Assembly (NCBI GenBank): GCA_964016885.1
Contig: OZ024743.1
Span: forward strand, 7,192,001-7,256,000
Source of the DNA: Eledone cirrhosa
Taxonomy: Eukaryota
Direction: 5' to 3'
Length of the DNA stretch: 64,000 nucleotides
A program made the position numbers and the translations under genes. Below, in pieces: positions 26,771 to 40,191 of this stretch. How positions within the stretch are numbered: position 1 is the first letter of the stretch; each line of letters opens with the position of its first letter. A model generated the notes under the pieces. It saw nothing but the letters and a program-made list of their open reading frames with translations, was not told where the DNA came from and made no database searches.

Positions 26771-27236
26771 ATAAGTTGTAGTTTTATTCTCAAAATAAAT
26801 AATACCAAAATCTCGTAGATTCGATATTATGTGAGATAAAGTGTTTACTGTGAAAATAGAATAGTAAATATAGAGTAATGTAAATGCTAAAGGATTAATA
26901 TAAATGAATATATATATCACCCTAGGTAATGCTGCAAGCATACTGGCTTGCCTCAAAAATTATCAGAGAGGTTTCCCAGTGCTCTTTGCGATATTGTTAT
27001 CGTTTGCTCTGGCAGCAGTTCATTTATCCACCCCTTTTGCCTGCCTTTTGTTGTATATGGTCCTAGATATATGTATTACCTGCTTGTGGGTTTTTTTCTC
27101 TTTCTATTTGTTATATTATGTTGACAGTTATGCCTTAATAAAATATATATATATTGCTCAATTTCCATATTGATACATAATTCTGTTTTCATTTCCTATT
27201 TATATTTTATTTCCAATAGGTTTTTCAGATCTCAAA

Positions 27237-27345
27237 ATGGGCAAGCATCATTTTAGCAAAATCTTCCTTATTTTGTTAACATTTATTGTGCACACTGCCA
27301 TGCTAGCTGTTAGTTACTTGGCAAACTTTCCAGAAAAAAGTCATG
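27237..27345 (+). CDS. Multi-pass (~8 TM) membrane protein, TspO/tryptophan-rich sensory protein-like family, coding exon 1
   Basis: Acceptor aatag at 27219, AAAATGG start context. Encodes MGKHHFSKIFLILLTFIVHTAMLAVSYLANFPEKSH(G)|gtaatt; phase 1 joins exon 2. Confidence 0.8.
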
Positions 27346-27504
27346 GTAATTATCATTAAAATTTTTCTTAAAATGTATTTAAAACTATTGTATAAAATGT
27401 GTATAACCCTCCTCAAACACAATTAGACCTAGAGCTTACATAATTTTATTGCTCTGTAGGGTATTATTGCAATAAAATAATAATCCTTTCAGATCTAATG
27501 TTTC

Positions 27505-28190
27505 ATAAATTGTCAAGAAGGCCGAAGGTGTCTTGGCATCACTCAGTAAGACTTTTGTCAGCTGCTCTCCAGCTATTTAAAGCTGTATATAGCTATGGTG
27601 TGGCCACACTTAGAATTTGCATCACCAGTCTGGAATCCCTATCTTGCTCAGAATATTGACCTCCTGAAAACTGTTCAGAGACGTGCAAGCAAGCGAATAC
27701 CCTTCATAAGGCATCTACTATATTCTAAACACCTTACTTCCCTGGGCATGCATACATTGAAGCTCTGACGTCTGGCAATTGACTTGGTAAACACCCATAA
27801 AATTATTAACCATCTTGCCAACAACAACCCTGAGCACCTTTTTGAATTTTATGTGTCTAACAGCTGTGGGCATGCCTACAAAGTCAGAAAATAGCACTGC
27901 TCCCATAACTTTCAAAATCATTTTTTCACACTCAGAGTTGCTGAAGCATGAAACAAACTACCTGCATCAGATGTTAGCTATCAGGACACTGCATCCTTCA
28001 AAATTTCCATGCTTCCCGAAATTCACCAACACTACACTTGATATTCCCCCTCCATACACACATGCTCAGTGTATCATACACTGTTCACTTTCCTGACATT
28101 TGTACATTATTCTATGTACTATATATACACCTTTGATGAGTTGTAGTGTACCTGAGCACTGTACACAATAATTTCATTATATTATATTAT
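27505..28190 (+). mobile_element. 5'-truncated CR1 LINE
   Basis: Homologous to 53105-54120 in reverse orientation; (ATT)n tail. Confidence 0.85.
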
Positions 28191-28379
28191 AAGAAGTAAA
28201 TAAATGAAATTCCTAATAGAACTTTGAGAGCACATTTTTACTGACAATGAACAACAAATGAAATGAAGCAAATATCTAAAATAAACCAGCTATGACCTTA
28301 AAAAAATTATATCAGGATTTTTGTATAACCAATGTTTTTAAATTTTTTAAAACAAATTTGGGAAATTTCTTCCTCCTCC

Positions 28380-29000
28380 TCCTCCTTTCTTCTACTGAGG
28401 GCGCCATAGGAGCTGAGTCCTTCTAGAGGGTCCTATCAGAAGCAACCGTCTTCAACTGATCCAGCTGGATCCCCAAGTGAGACCAGCCAAGTTCATGGAT
28501 GTTATCTAACCATCTTGCTTGGGGTCTATCTCTGGGTCTCCTGCTGATTGGATTTGCCCATAAAATCTGTCCAGTGATTCATTCCTGGGACATTCTAACT
28601 ATATATCTGTAATATTGGAGCTGCAATCTCTCAATTCAGAGAAGTAGTGGCTCTACTTGGAGCGACTTTGCTGTGGAATGTTTTGCAGGAGTATGAGATT
28701 GATAGTCAGTTTCTTCTTGCTCTGATGTCTCTATAAGAATGCCCAAGTATTTGTGTTCAGATAAATGGTGCTAAGTTGAAACCATTCAATGTGGTAGTTG
28801 GACTCCGCCAAGGGTGTGTACTGTCACCTCCCCTGTTCATTATTTTCACGAACAGGATTGACATTCACAGCTGAGTTGGAAGTGGTATCATGACTGGCAG
28901 GTGTAGGATCAGTTGGCTGGAATTTGCTGACGACATGGTATTACTTAACTGCTCAGCTAATCTCTGACATGCACATGATAGGTTTGATGCCAAGTGCTGC
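28380..29000. mobile_element. RTE LINE fragment with internal inversion
   Basis: 28385-28670 matches the 3' end of the 11450-11750 family on the - strand. 28720-29000 encodes GLRQGCVLSPPLFIIF..EFADDMV on the + strand. Confidence 0.65.
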
Positions 29001-29651
29001 TTGTCTATAAACATTTTTGAATTTACAAACCTGTTTTTAGATATTTTTTGCTTAAACCATTACAGGATATTAAGAGTTAAAGAATTATAATTAACATTGT
29101 ACAGTAGTAAAAATTACTATTTACTAGCAGGGAGAAGTGAATTGAAATTGCTAAGAGTTCTTGATAATATTCTACAAATATTTTCTTCCACATTTTTCGC
29201 TCTGATCAAACTTCATCTTTCACTTTTTACAGTCCATAATAGTTATGAGTTTCACTTTTACTCTATGTCCAATTTTTCCATGCTGGCATGAGTTGGACAG
29301 GTCATTACAGACCAAGTCAATACTTTATCAGAGATACTGACCTCTTAGATGGATTGGGGGACCAAGTCTTGCTCAATACATCCCATATTTTGGTACAGTT
29401 TCTATAGTTGGTTGTCCTTCATAACACCAATCACTTTATAAAGTATAATGTACATTTTATCATGGCTCCAGCACTACAAAATATATAAAAGGAAATTCAA
29501 AATTGCTTCCAATTTTCGTTACACATAAAAAAAAAAATAAAGTGTAAATGTAAATTTCCAATGTTTTTTTTATAGGTATTCTTTCTAATAATTTATATTT
29601 TCTTTGTAGGTCTTTTTACTTCCCATACTGATATTTATATTTTCTTTGTAG

Positions 29652-30439
29652 GTCTTTTTACTTCCCATACTGGTAACGTTTCTCATAAATACAATCTGGC
29701 AGCAATTCCCGATGATTCAGCTTTTGCTATTTGGGGTATAATTTACTTGGTAGAAACACTCTGGCTTTTGTATGCATTTACAACTATCTTTCGATCAACT
29801 TCCAAAGGACCTTTGTATGTTTCGTGTAATGTAATGCCCTTTCAAATGTTTTTTGCTTATATATTGAACTGTATTATTAATGTCAGTTGGTTAATTGCCT
29901 TTGATAGAGAAAAAATTCTTCATTGTGCTTTTATCATTTCCTTACTTCCAGTTTGCCTTATTGTTTGCTTAGTAATTTCTCATAAGAAATTGCATTCTTA
30001 TTCTATCTTCATGATTAAGGAATCATTATTTTTTGATATCTGGGCTAATCGATTCTTAGTCCAAAACAGTATTGCCATAAATGCTACATGGGTGTCAGTT
30101 GCAACATGTTTGAATGTTGGAATGGTTCTTACCTATGTTTATGATGTTACACAAGACATTTCTAGTATTATTGTTCTTATGATGGTGTCAATTGGAACTC
30201 TGTTATATACTTATTTTGATTATAAACGTAGGCTTACCCACTATACAATTACACCGTATATGGTTATTTGCTGGGCTGCAGTAGGAGTACTGATTAAAAA
30301 TGTCCCTCAAACCTCTTGGTCTGATAATATCAGTGTATTATCTCTTAGTCTCCTGATTGGTACTTGTATTGTGTTGGGCTTCAAACTGTTCTCCATTTTA
30401 GTTCCAGTAAAAAGTCGCCGTAAAAGTAAAGTAAAGTAA
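29652..30439 (+). CDS. Multi-pass membrane protein coding exon 2 (alternative in-frame acceptor at 29610); protein ~298 or ~312 aa
   Basis: tctttgtag|GT, open to TAA at 30439. Motifs TGNVSHKY..P..AFAIWGIIY, NVSWLIAF and ATWVSVATCLN match the uncharacterised animal TspO-like family. Ends ..KSKVK*. Confidence 0.85.
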
Positions 30440-33400
30440 AATTCTTCAATATCAGAGAATTAATAAATCTCACAGTTAAATAGAAATAAGGAAATATATA
30501 TTTTCTTTGTAGCACAGAATCCTTGAGTAATGAATTAACTTAACTTATGTATATTATTGATACTTATGAAATTCAATTTTATAGTGGCAGTTCAATTTAA
30601 AACTGCAAAGGACCTAATTTTTTTTTTTTTTTAATGTCTGCCAACTCCATTGCTTCAGAAATGGAAAAGGCTATATTTTACGGTCTGTAATTTAAATGAG
30701 TGAATATAATACAAGTACAAATTATCTCTAAAGAAACTTAGATTTATATTCTTTGGGTGTTCATAAGTAGTATAAACACTCAAGTATGCTTAACATTTTA
30801 ACAATCGTAAAGTTATAAGCAGAATGAATTGAGCCTATTTACAGCTTTGACTTGTGTAATACATTACAGTATCACGATGGGACAAAGTTTCTGATACAAT
30901 GATATAGAGATATAGAGAGCTAATGTCTATACATTTTCTGTCATAGTCATTGAGATATGTATATATACAACACCACATTTCTAACTTTTAAGATACATTA
31001 TCAGAATGCTTTTTGAATTATATTCACTTGAACTGCAAACAGTTTATTAGTTACTGATTAAAATGATTAACATATTTTTAAATTTTGTACATGATTAGAT
31101 TATATTTTCCATAAAAAATTGTCTATTGTTTGTAATTTTCATATCATAAGCAAATTGAAAGATTCCATTCATTGATATTTTTTTATATAATGTTTTATAA
31201 TTCAGTATTCATCATTAAAAACATTTTCATTACAATATAATCATTGATACAAATTTGTGACAAAAACACTTGATTGAAATTTATAAAACATTTAATTATT
31301 ATTTCAAGGATAATTGTGGATAATAATGTTACCACATGTCTCAGTCATTATTGTGGCTAAAACTTTCTTATTGTACTACCTTTTAGCTGTGTTTAAAAAA
31401 AAAATAAATTTGTATATAGATTGACTTTTGAACTTTTTACATTTTCATTTTTGTAATCAATCTTTCCATGACAAAAAAAACATTTCTGTGTAATAATTTT
31501 TAAATACAAAATTTAATAAACATTTTAATATATTGTTTTCTTTCTTCAATTGTGAATTTGCATATCATCTGGAAGCCCCTTTAGTTTTTTAGTTTGGTAA
31601 GTTTTATAAGTCATATTTGTATGTCTCTTAGACAGCCAGTGTGAATGCATTTGAATGAAGAAAATGAAGAAAATAAATAAAAGAAGCTTGTCAACGAATT
31701 CCCTAGAGAGATAAAAAAAACCGAAAGAAATCAAGGAAAATGAACATAAGGATGTCAACTTTGACAACAGTTACAAGAACAACTTCACCAGAAATGACAA
31801 CAAAAAGAAGCATACGAACATACACAAACATGCATACGTACATACATACATACATACATATACACACACATATATACACACACAGGCCTGCGTTAGTGTT
31901 TGATGAGGTTGAGAACCTGGCCAGCTTTCAGCCAGAGCTGTGGTATTTAATCTCCCGAGGTAATAAAATCTGGAGACAGAATTTTCTCCTTACCAAAAAA
32001 AAAATATAAATATAAATGGAGGCACATGGCTTAGCAGTTAGAGCATTGGCCTTGCAATCGAAAGGTTGTGAGTTCAATTCTCAGACTGGGTGATGTGTTG
32101 TTTCCTTGAGCAAGACACTTTATTTCACATTGCTCCAGTTTACTCAGCTGTAGAAATGAGATGATAGGGACTGGGGTCCCTATCATTCCACTGCAAAGTG
32201 GTCGTGGAGGTGCCACGGCAAAAAAAAAAAAAGCACCCAGCCCACACTATAAAGTGGACGTGCAGGCGCCACGGAAAAAAAGCACCCACCACTCACTGTA
32301 AATGAGGTTGGTTTTAGGAAGGGCATCCAGCTGTAGAAATCAAGCCAGAATCAGTTCCCGTCCCACCCTTGCAAGCAGGGAAAAGCGGACGTAAAATGAA
32401 ATGAAATGATGATGAAATGAAAATGTATGTATATATATCATCATCATCATCATCAACGTTTAACGTCCGTGTTCCACGCTTGCATGGGTTTGGACGGGGG
32501 TATTCCCACTTGAGGCAAGAGTGATTGTCTTGCTCGCATAGGACTGTCTGGCAGGTTTTCTACAGTTGGATGCCCTTCCTAACACCAACCACATTTACAG
32601 TGTGGGTCTGGGAGGTTTTTACCGTGTTGCCTACACGGCCACATTACAGCGTGGACTGTGTGTTTTTTGTCGTGACACCTACACGATCTCATTTGTTTCG
32701 GCCTGGATGACGCGGCACCAACATAACTTTACATAGAACGGGATGGGGTGGGGGTGGTGGGACGGGGTGTATTTTGTTTGAGATGCCTACTGGCATACAA
32801 ATGTATAAATGCATAGCTATATACATACGTAAATGTAGCTATGTATATATGTATGTATGTAGATACAAAATCACCGGGAGAGATGACCCCTTAGCCTTTG
32901 TCAAGGCAGAATTCTAGGAGAAGGAAAACTCTGATATAACACCTGCAACCCTGATGGTATCCAATGATGTTGACTTGTTCTTCTTTTTGGTAAATATCAT
33001 CTTGGTTAAGAGAGTGGGACTGGCTTTGTGCAGTGCCTTTGCTCACTATAAAAGCTTCACGGCACAGTCATTGCTTTATATCTGGAGATCTCTCTGCACT
33101 TGTCATCACATGGTACCATGGGCCCAGCACTATGTGTCAATAATTGTCACAAGTGTAGTGTTTGTACCAGAGTTTTCAAGTCGCTGGCTGGACTAAAAAG
33201 TCACTCGTTCAGCGCATCGGTAGGGGTTCTCCTACATGGATATAAAGTAGTGGCCGTACTCGAAAACGAGTTGGCAGCCACCATGTTTGTAGACATATAT
33301 ATATATATATATATGTATATCTACATACATACATATATATATATAAATCTACACACACACACACATATATAAATCTACATACATATATACATTTACGTAT

Positions 33401-35909
33401 GTATATAGCTATGCATTTATACATTTGTATATATACATGCATTTATATTTAAGTGTGTAAAGAATATATATATATGTGTTTATAATATATATATATATAT
33501 ATTATACACACACATATATATTTTCTTTTTTCAGTCTGGTCTACCATGTTTGAGCCCCCTGTTGGAGATAGATAGATAGACGTTTACTAAACACACACAC
33601 ACACATTTCTTACACTCTCTGCCCCCCCCCTCTTTCTCTCTTTATTTATATATATATATACACCCCAATCCACTACCCCTACCCTATCCTCCCACTCCCA
33701 CCAACACCACCCTCTCTCTGTAAAGTTGGTACCACAACATCCAGTCCAAATAAAGGAGATCGAGATCGTGTAGGTGTCACGAGAAAAAACACAGTTCACG
33801 CTGTAATGTGACCGTGTAGATAACACGGTAAAAAGTTGCCAGTTCCACACTGTAAATGTGGTAGGTGTTAGGAAGGGCATCCAGCCGTAGAAAACCTGCC
33901 AGATAGTCCTATATGAGCGAGACACGGTCACCCGATCAACCTTGCCTCAAGTGGGACAACTCCTGTCTAACCCATGCTAGCGTGGAAAATGGACGTTAAA
34001 CGAAGATGATGATATATTGTTGTTATTTGATGTTGTTGAAAAGAGCAGTGGCCTTTGACCTGGCAATAAAAACTGGAGACAAAATTCTTTCTGTACCAAA
34101 ACCAAGGCACACACACACAAGTTTGTGTATGTGCGTGTGGGTGTATCTATCTATGTATATATATAAGGAATACAGATATTGCTTTCTCAGTCACCAAGCT
34201 TCTCAATTCATTCCTTGCTACTAAGTATTTTATTTTGCAAGGTACTATTTTCCCCCCCGAGTTTGTGATTTCAGAGAAAGGTAAGAAATTTTTCATATTT
34301 TGCATATTTTGTATTTTGACTTTACAGTTTGAATTGTAAAATTATCTAGCCACTCAAAATATTACAACAGCTAACAGTGAAATATAGAATTTAAAAAAAA
34401 AAAGCTTTTTTGACTGAGATCAAATCTTTTTTTTTATTTCAAAAATATATAATTTGAAATAGCTTGCTTTTGTTTGGGACTGAAACTTTTTGTATTTAAT
34501 TTGTACGAGTATTTTTTTAAAGATTCTAAGATAACTTGATTTGGTCCAGTAATCTACTGATATCAAAATCAGTAGTATATTGAAAAATGGAAAAATAGGG
34601 TAGGGGGCGTTTTGTGATTTCGAGGGCCGAAATGGGTTGAGAACCTTTGCTCTAGAGCAATGATTCCCAAAGAGTTTACCATGAAGATATAGCTAAATGT
34701 ATTGCAAAAATAATAAAATCATATTGCATCATCCTGATGGAGCCTTTGGGATGCTGTCTTAACATACATACATCTTGGGTATTTAAACTTGTCTAGGTTT
34801 GACTACAGCTGCTTTCTTCCAGGTAGAAAATGAGAGAAGACTGGATAGGTACTCTATTAAACCCAAAAGGTTCAAACACATAGTTGAACTACACAGAGAG
34901 CCTAAATGAATTCTGTAAAGCATTCTATTTGATACCTTAACAACTATGCCATTTCACCACCTGTTAAAAATTATATTTAAAAAAAAAAAAAATGTAATTC
35001 TACATATAGCTTTTAACTATGCTTCATTTATTGAATAAAGAATTAAATATTTAATCATTTTTTCCATTGTCATCATCATTTAACATCCATTTTCTCTGCT
35101 TGGATGGGTAGTCACAGACCTTGCAATCAGGTTAGGGACCTGCATCTTGCTTAAATATGTTCTTGCATTCTATCGAATACATTTTATTATTGCACCAGCA
35201 CACTTATAGGCTTAATATATAACTGCTCTAAATCTATTTACATTTAAAATATTTGCATATTTATCAGCTAATGTTTGTAACTTAATTCTGAGCAAAAAAT
35301 TGCATTCAATTTTTTTCTTCATAAATTTCCAACAATGATAGGGAATACTAATTTAAACCCAGAGGAAAATTAATCTAAAGAATCTGTTTGAAACAACACT
35401 TTTTTTAAAAATAAGGGTTGAATTTAAGCTTTCATCGTATTGTAATAATGTGGATTTTAATACATACTAATTCTAAATATGTGAATGCATAAACAAAGAT
35501 AAATTACATAATAGATTCATACTCAAATATCAGACTAAGTCGAATTATTGTTTATTGTTTGAAAGTGAGTTTATTTATTAAGACAAATAGAGGACATGAA
35601 TATAAAAAAATATTTTTAAAAACCGTCAAATTTTCATTTCAGTATACATTTATACAACAGTGAGCAACTCTAAATTTGTGATAATAGTATAATTATAATT
35701 TAAAATTTGAATACGAATAAATGAAAGGTTAAAAATTAATTCATCACGTGTTATCTCCCCTCGTTTCTACATTTGGCACAAGGCCAGCAATTATCCAGTA
35801 CGTTACTGGTACTTTATTTTATTGATGAAAGGCAAAGTTAACCTCGGCAGGATTTGAACTCAAATCGTAAGGGGACGTAACTATGCTGGAAAGCATGTCC
35901 GACCCTCTA

Positions 35910-36110
35910 TGGTTTCTAGTAGACTTCTGGTATCCTTGGTTCAAGGACCACCTCCCTACTGACCACCATCAATATGGAGTTAGCTACCCGCAGGTGTGAG
36001 CTGGAATGGCTCTTCCAATATGTCTCTCTCACCATCCTCCAGGGAAACGCCTTCTCTGTTCTGTCTGCCAGGACCATGGGGCAGTCAGCACGTGGGCTCC
36101 CGTTTGCTTA
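35910..36110 (+). mobile_element. Probable CRE-clade non-LTR element 3' fragment
   Basis: GC-rich island translating ELEWLFQYVSLTILQGNAFSVLSA, similar to the RLSIAIQRGNA motif ending CRE-type ORFs. Confidence 0.5.
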
Positions 36111-36979
36111 TAATAGTGAGAGCAAGAGAGGCAGAGGCAGTGATTGAAAGAGTAAACATCAACACGTGCGCGCTCACATGATAAGACAATGATAAAAGAC
36201 AGCTGTGATTCATTTACAGAAAGTCTGTGTAAACATTTAGACACAAAGCCAGCAATTTCAAGGATGGGAAAGTTGATTTAAATTGACCCCAGTATTTGAC
36301 TAGTACTTTATTTATCGACCCCAAAAGGGTGAATGGTAAATTTGACCTTAGCAAAATTTGAACTCGGAACACAAAGTATTGGAAGAAATACTCAATGCAT
36401 TTTGTCCGGTGCTCTATTAATTCTGAAAATCCACTGCCCTCTACATGGGTAATAATGAAAAACCTACTCAGCACATTAATATGTAAGTTAGATTTTTCTG
36501 TTTCAATCTCATCTCTGAAGTTTTCATTACAAATGCACCTTCATTAATTTATAAATACAAGTACCAGTAATGCACTGGGTAATTGCTGGCCTTGTGCCTA
36601 AAGTAGAAACAATTAATTTATAAATACAAGTTTGTGAGATTAGATTGAATAAAAGATGTCCAAATTGAGCTTCATAATGTCCCCCATACCTGTAGTTGTT
36701 TCCAAGGAATATAGCCATATACAATTGTGAATAGAAAGACTGGTAAATATTCTACCAATGCCAGATGGAAAAAGCAAAAGGTTTATCAAATTACCCATAG
36801 TCCACTTACAGTAAATAGAAATAAAATGGGGACATATTTCAGAATACTCTTTCTGTAACTGTGGAATAGTCCAAACTATTAGTCACTTGCTGGTTTGCCC
36901 ATTAATAGATTTTCTTTTGTTGATTGGGTGATTTGAGGAATTAAAAGAGTGAAAAGATTTGATATAAATACACACTTAC

Positions 36980-37625
36980 AATAATAATGTCTGATTTAGG
37001 TACAAAACCAGTGATTTGAGTGAAGGGGAAAGTCAATTATACCTCCTCCCCAGAGTACTTGACTGGTACTTTATTTTACTAATCCCAAAAGGGTGAAAGG
37101 CAAAGTTGACCATGGCAGGATGTGAACTCAACTGTAAAAACCAAGAACAACTGCCACAAAGCATTTTGACTAACAACCTAATAACTGCACCAATCCACTA
37201 CCTTATAGAATAATAATTGTTTCTACTTTAGGCACAAGGCCTGCAATTTGAAGGGGAGGGGAAAGTCGATTAAATCAATCTCAGTGCGTTACTGGTACTT
37301 TATTTTATCAACCCAGTAAGGATGAAAGGCAAAGCTAACCTTGGTGGGATTTGAACTCAGAACGGAAAGGGATGTAACTCTATGCCATGAAGCAGCGTGT
37401 TCAACGCTCTATGATAATGCCAATCCACTAGAATAATAATAATTGTTTCTACTTTAGGCACAAGACCAGCAATTACCCAGTACATTACTGGTACTTTATT
37501 TTATCGACCCCGTAAGGATGAAAGGCAAAGCTAACCTTGGCGGGATTTGAACTGACCATAAAGGGCCGTAACTCTTTGCTGCAAAGCATGGCGTCCGAGC
37601 CTCTACCGATACTGCCAATCCACCT
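36980..37625 (-). mobile_element. Three tandem copies of the most abundant tRNA-derived SINE family
   Basis: Core GAGTTCAAATCC..GAGGTTAACTTTGCCTTTCATCCTTACGGGGTCGATAAAATAAAGTACCAG and tail GCTGGCCTTGTGCC..AAGTAGAAAC. Other copies at about 1-135, 499-685, 1786-2118, 6945-7145, 8406-8612, 9590-9806, 17988-18168, 19700-19882, 24912-25030, 25778-25910, 35762-35910, 36230-36445, 52763-52920, 54758-54972, 56080-56280, 61390-61608. Confidence 0.9.
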
Positions 37626-39202
37626 ACAGATTTATTCTTACATGCAAAGCTGTCACAATATAAATATATTTCAGTGAAGAAAGCCTAGAGTGACACACTT
37701 TGTTTCATTTCTGAATGTCTTTAGTGCACTTTCTGGCCCCTGGTCTGTAGCCAACTAGTGGTCCGAGAGAAAATTTGGACATTATTTACTTTAAAGATGT
37801 TGTTATGATTACATAAGCATTTATAATTTTGTTATAATTAAATAAGTATTTATAATTGTGTTATATTTAATAGGTACATTTCATATTAATAAATGGAAGT
37901 TTTCTGATCATTATTTTACAAACGTATTTATCTTTTTTAAAAAATTCATATTAGTAGTTCGCAGGATTTAAACTTATGAATTTAGTGGTCGGCAACTATT
38001 ATAAAGTACTAGTAGTTAAATATCATTTGCACAGATTGTGGTGAAACAATCAGATTATACATTTACTCTTCACAATTTCACAGCTTCATCTGGATAACAT
38101 AACTAAAATATGACAAGTGAATTGTTAAAATGATAAAGCTTGATCTAAAAACAACTGGGTGCTATGAATATTGGCACCATATTTTCAAAGTAGTGATATC
38201 AAAATATTCAAGCCAGAAGAGTGGCTAAATGATATATCACAACTAGTAGTAAAACTAAAAATTACCCAACAGTTTTTATTGTAGAATCAAAACATTTATG
38301 ATCTAGCAACTGTAAAATTTTAAACAAAATGCATAGGTAGAATGTAATAGTAGCATGCAAATGTTTACCACCAAACACTGGTACTTTGATAACGAAGTTA
38401 CAAAACTCTAATGTGGAATATTACTTCAATATCTGAGTTATTGAAAAACAAAATTTAATCTAAGACACCCTCACCCACCCCAAAAAAGAGACACTTTTCC
38501 AATCTAACTACAGCTAAAATATAAGTTCCTTAACCCCTTCTTTTTTAAAACAAATGCGTAATTCTGCATCTTATTACTTCTACTATATCAAGTTGAAACT
38601 CTTTTCCTATGCATATTTCCTTCTGTACTTTTACAAAATCAGCATCAACTCTGTTTTTCTAATCAGAGAGATCCTTATCTGCTGATGTACCTGTCTGTTC
38701 TTGTCTTAACAGTTATTATTTTTAAAATCTGGACTGGATATGTCATAAATAAAAACTTCCAATCCATATTAAAGAAAGTATAAAATGGAATAAAAGGCAG
38801 AAATCATTCGACACTTTTAAAGCCAACATAATCAACAGTATTTAGTAAAATGACTAACCTTAAAAAATGCTATCATCTGTATATAACAAAAAAAAAAAAA
38901 AAAAAAAAAAATGCTGTTAATTCTCTTCTGTTGACTTACTTTTGACATGCCCTTGATATCATTTTTTTCTGTTTAATGGCAATCTCTATTTCTATGGCAT
39001 ATGATTTCTGTCTTAATTTTTTTAAAAATAAGAAATGATACAGGGCCCTAAATTTTATTTAGTTATTTAGAGATAAGATAGTGATTACCATAATAGTTTA
39101 AAATTTTGGAGCTAAGAAAAACAAAAGATAAAATGGATTTCATGAGTCATTCACAACTGATTGATACCAGCATGAAATCTAAGCATCAGACTGAAAAGTC
39201 AT

Positions 39203-39409
39203 TTACATATCATCTTGCATATAACGAAAATATTTTTTATTTTCATGATTCACATTATAATTGTTAGAATGGTATTGATTTTCACAGGTTTTTAGTTGCC
39301 TGATAGATGTACCAGACAAGGTTTGAAGTACATAGTCTCCAATGTCAAAGGAATATAATTCATTCCAAGAGAGACGTCCATCGTGGTTGCTGTCGATCAT
39401 GTGGAGAAG
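39203..39409 (-). CDS. JmjC oxygenase terminal exon with EF-hand
   Basis: ttcttcag|CTT...TAA. Encodes LLHMIDSNHDGRLSWNELY (canonical DxNxDGxLxxxE loop) and ends YMQDDM*. Total CDS 1203 nt = 400 aa. Confidence 0.85.
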   Translation of the reverse strand, partial: LLHMIDSNHDGRLSWNELYSFDIGDYVLQTLSGTSIRQLKTCENQYHSNNYNVNHENKKYFRYMQDDM

Positions 39410-40094
39410 CTGAAGAAAAACAAAATAAACATTTTAATAAAAATCGGATTAAAATCATAACAAATATTTCATAGAAAGAAGTGTTAAATTTGGTACAAAA
39501 ACTGTATAACGGCCAGTTCAATGCATATCGTTTAACGGCTAGCATGGGTTAAATAGATCTATCTAATGAAACACAGTTATAAGAGAACAAAGTTATATCA
39601 ACAAAACCATTGAATGTAAAGAATTTCCTGTATATAATGAATAACATTAAATGTTCATAGTACTGCAGGTATTGTGGCTGAATATCTGCCATAACTGAGT
39701 TTGCATGCAAAATATATGAGTGAATTGCTAATGAAAAATATGGAAATATATTTTATCTAAAAAGCATTGTAAAGTACATATAAAAATGAGAAAACTCATC
39801 ACTAGAATAGTTGTTAAAACAGTTAAATGCTGTCAAAGACAGCAATGGGCAAAAATGCCTCAGAGGACAGAGACAATCCACAAGGTGAGTGACAGGGAGA
39901 TGAAATATTGAAAAGATTGAAAGAGGAGGACAAGGAGAAGTGCCACACAGTAGTGACTCGAAGAAGGAAAGTAATTGATACGATATCCTGGTTAGAGGTA
40001 TGCTAAGAAAAATATGTTATATAGATCCATTTCTTTTGTGAAAATTACCAAATCATAGTTACTTTGCCAAAAAATTAGGATGGTTTTTACATAC

Positions 40095-40191
40095 CTGACT
40101 CCGTGATTCTTTATCAAACTTAGGAATTTCTGAAATAAATTCTTTATTGCTAACTGTTTCTTTATTAGCCCACTTAGAAAGTAGTTTTGAT
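40095..40191 (-). CDS. JmjC oxygenase exon 6
   Basis: ttccag|A...CAG|gtatgt, 97 nt. Encodes (R)SKLLSKWANKETVSNKEFISEIPKFDKESRSQ; phases fit both neighbours. Confidence 0.8.

Noticed and set aside
29571-29609. Third acceptor (tatag at 29575) for the membrane protein exon 2
   Set aside because: Out of frame; reaches TGA near 29630.
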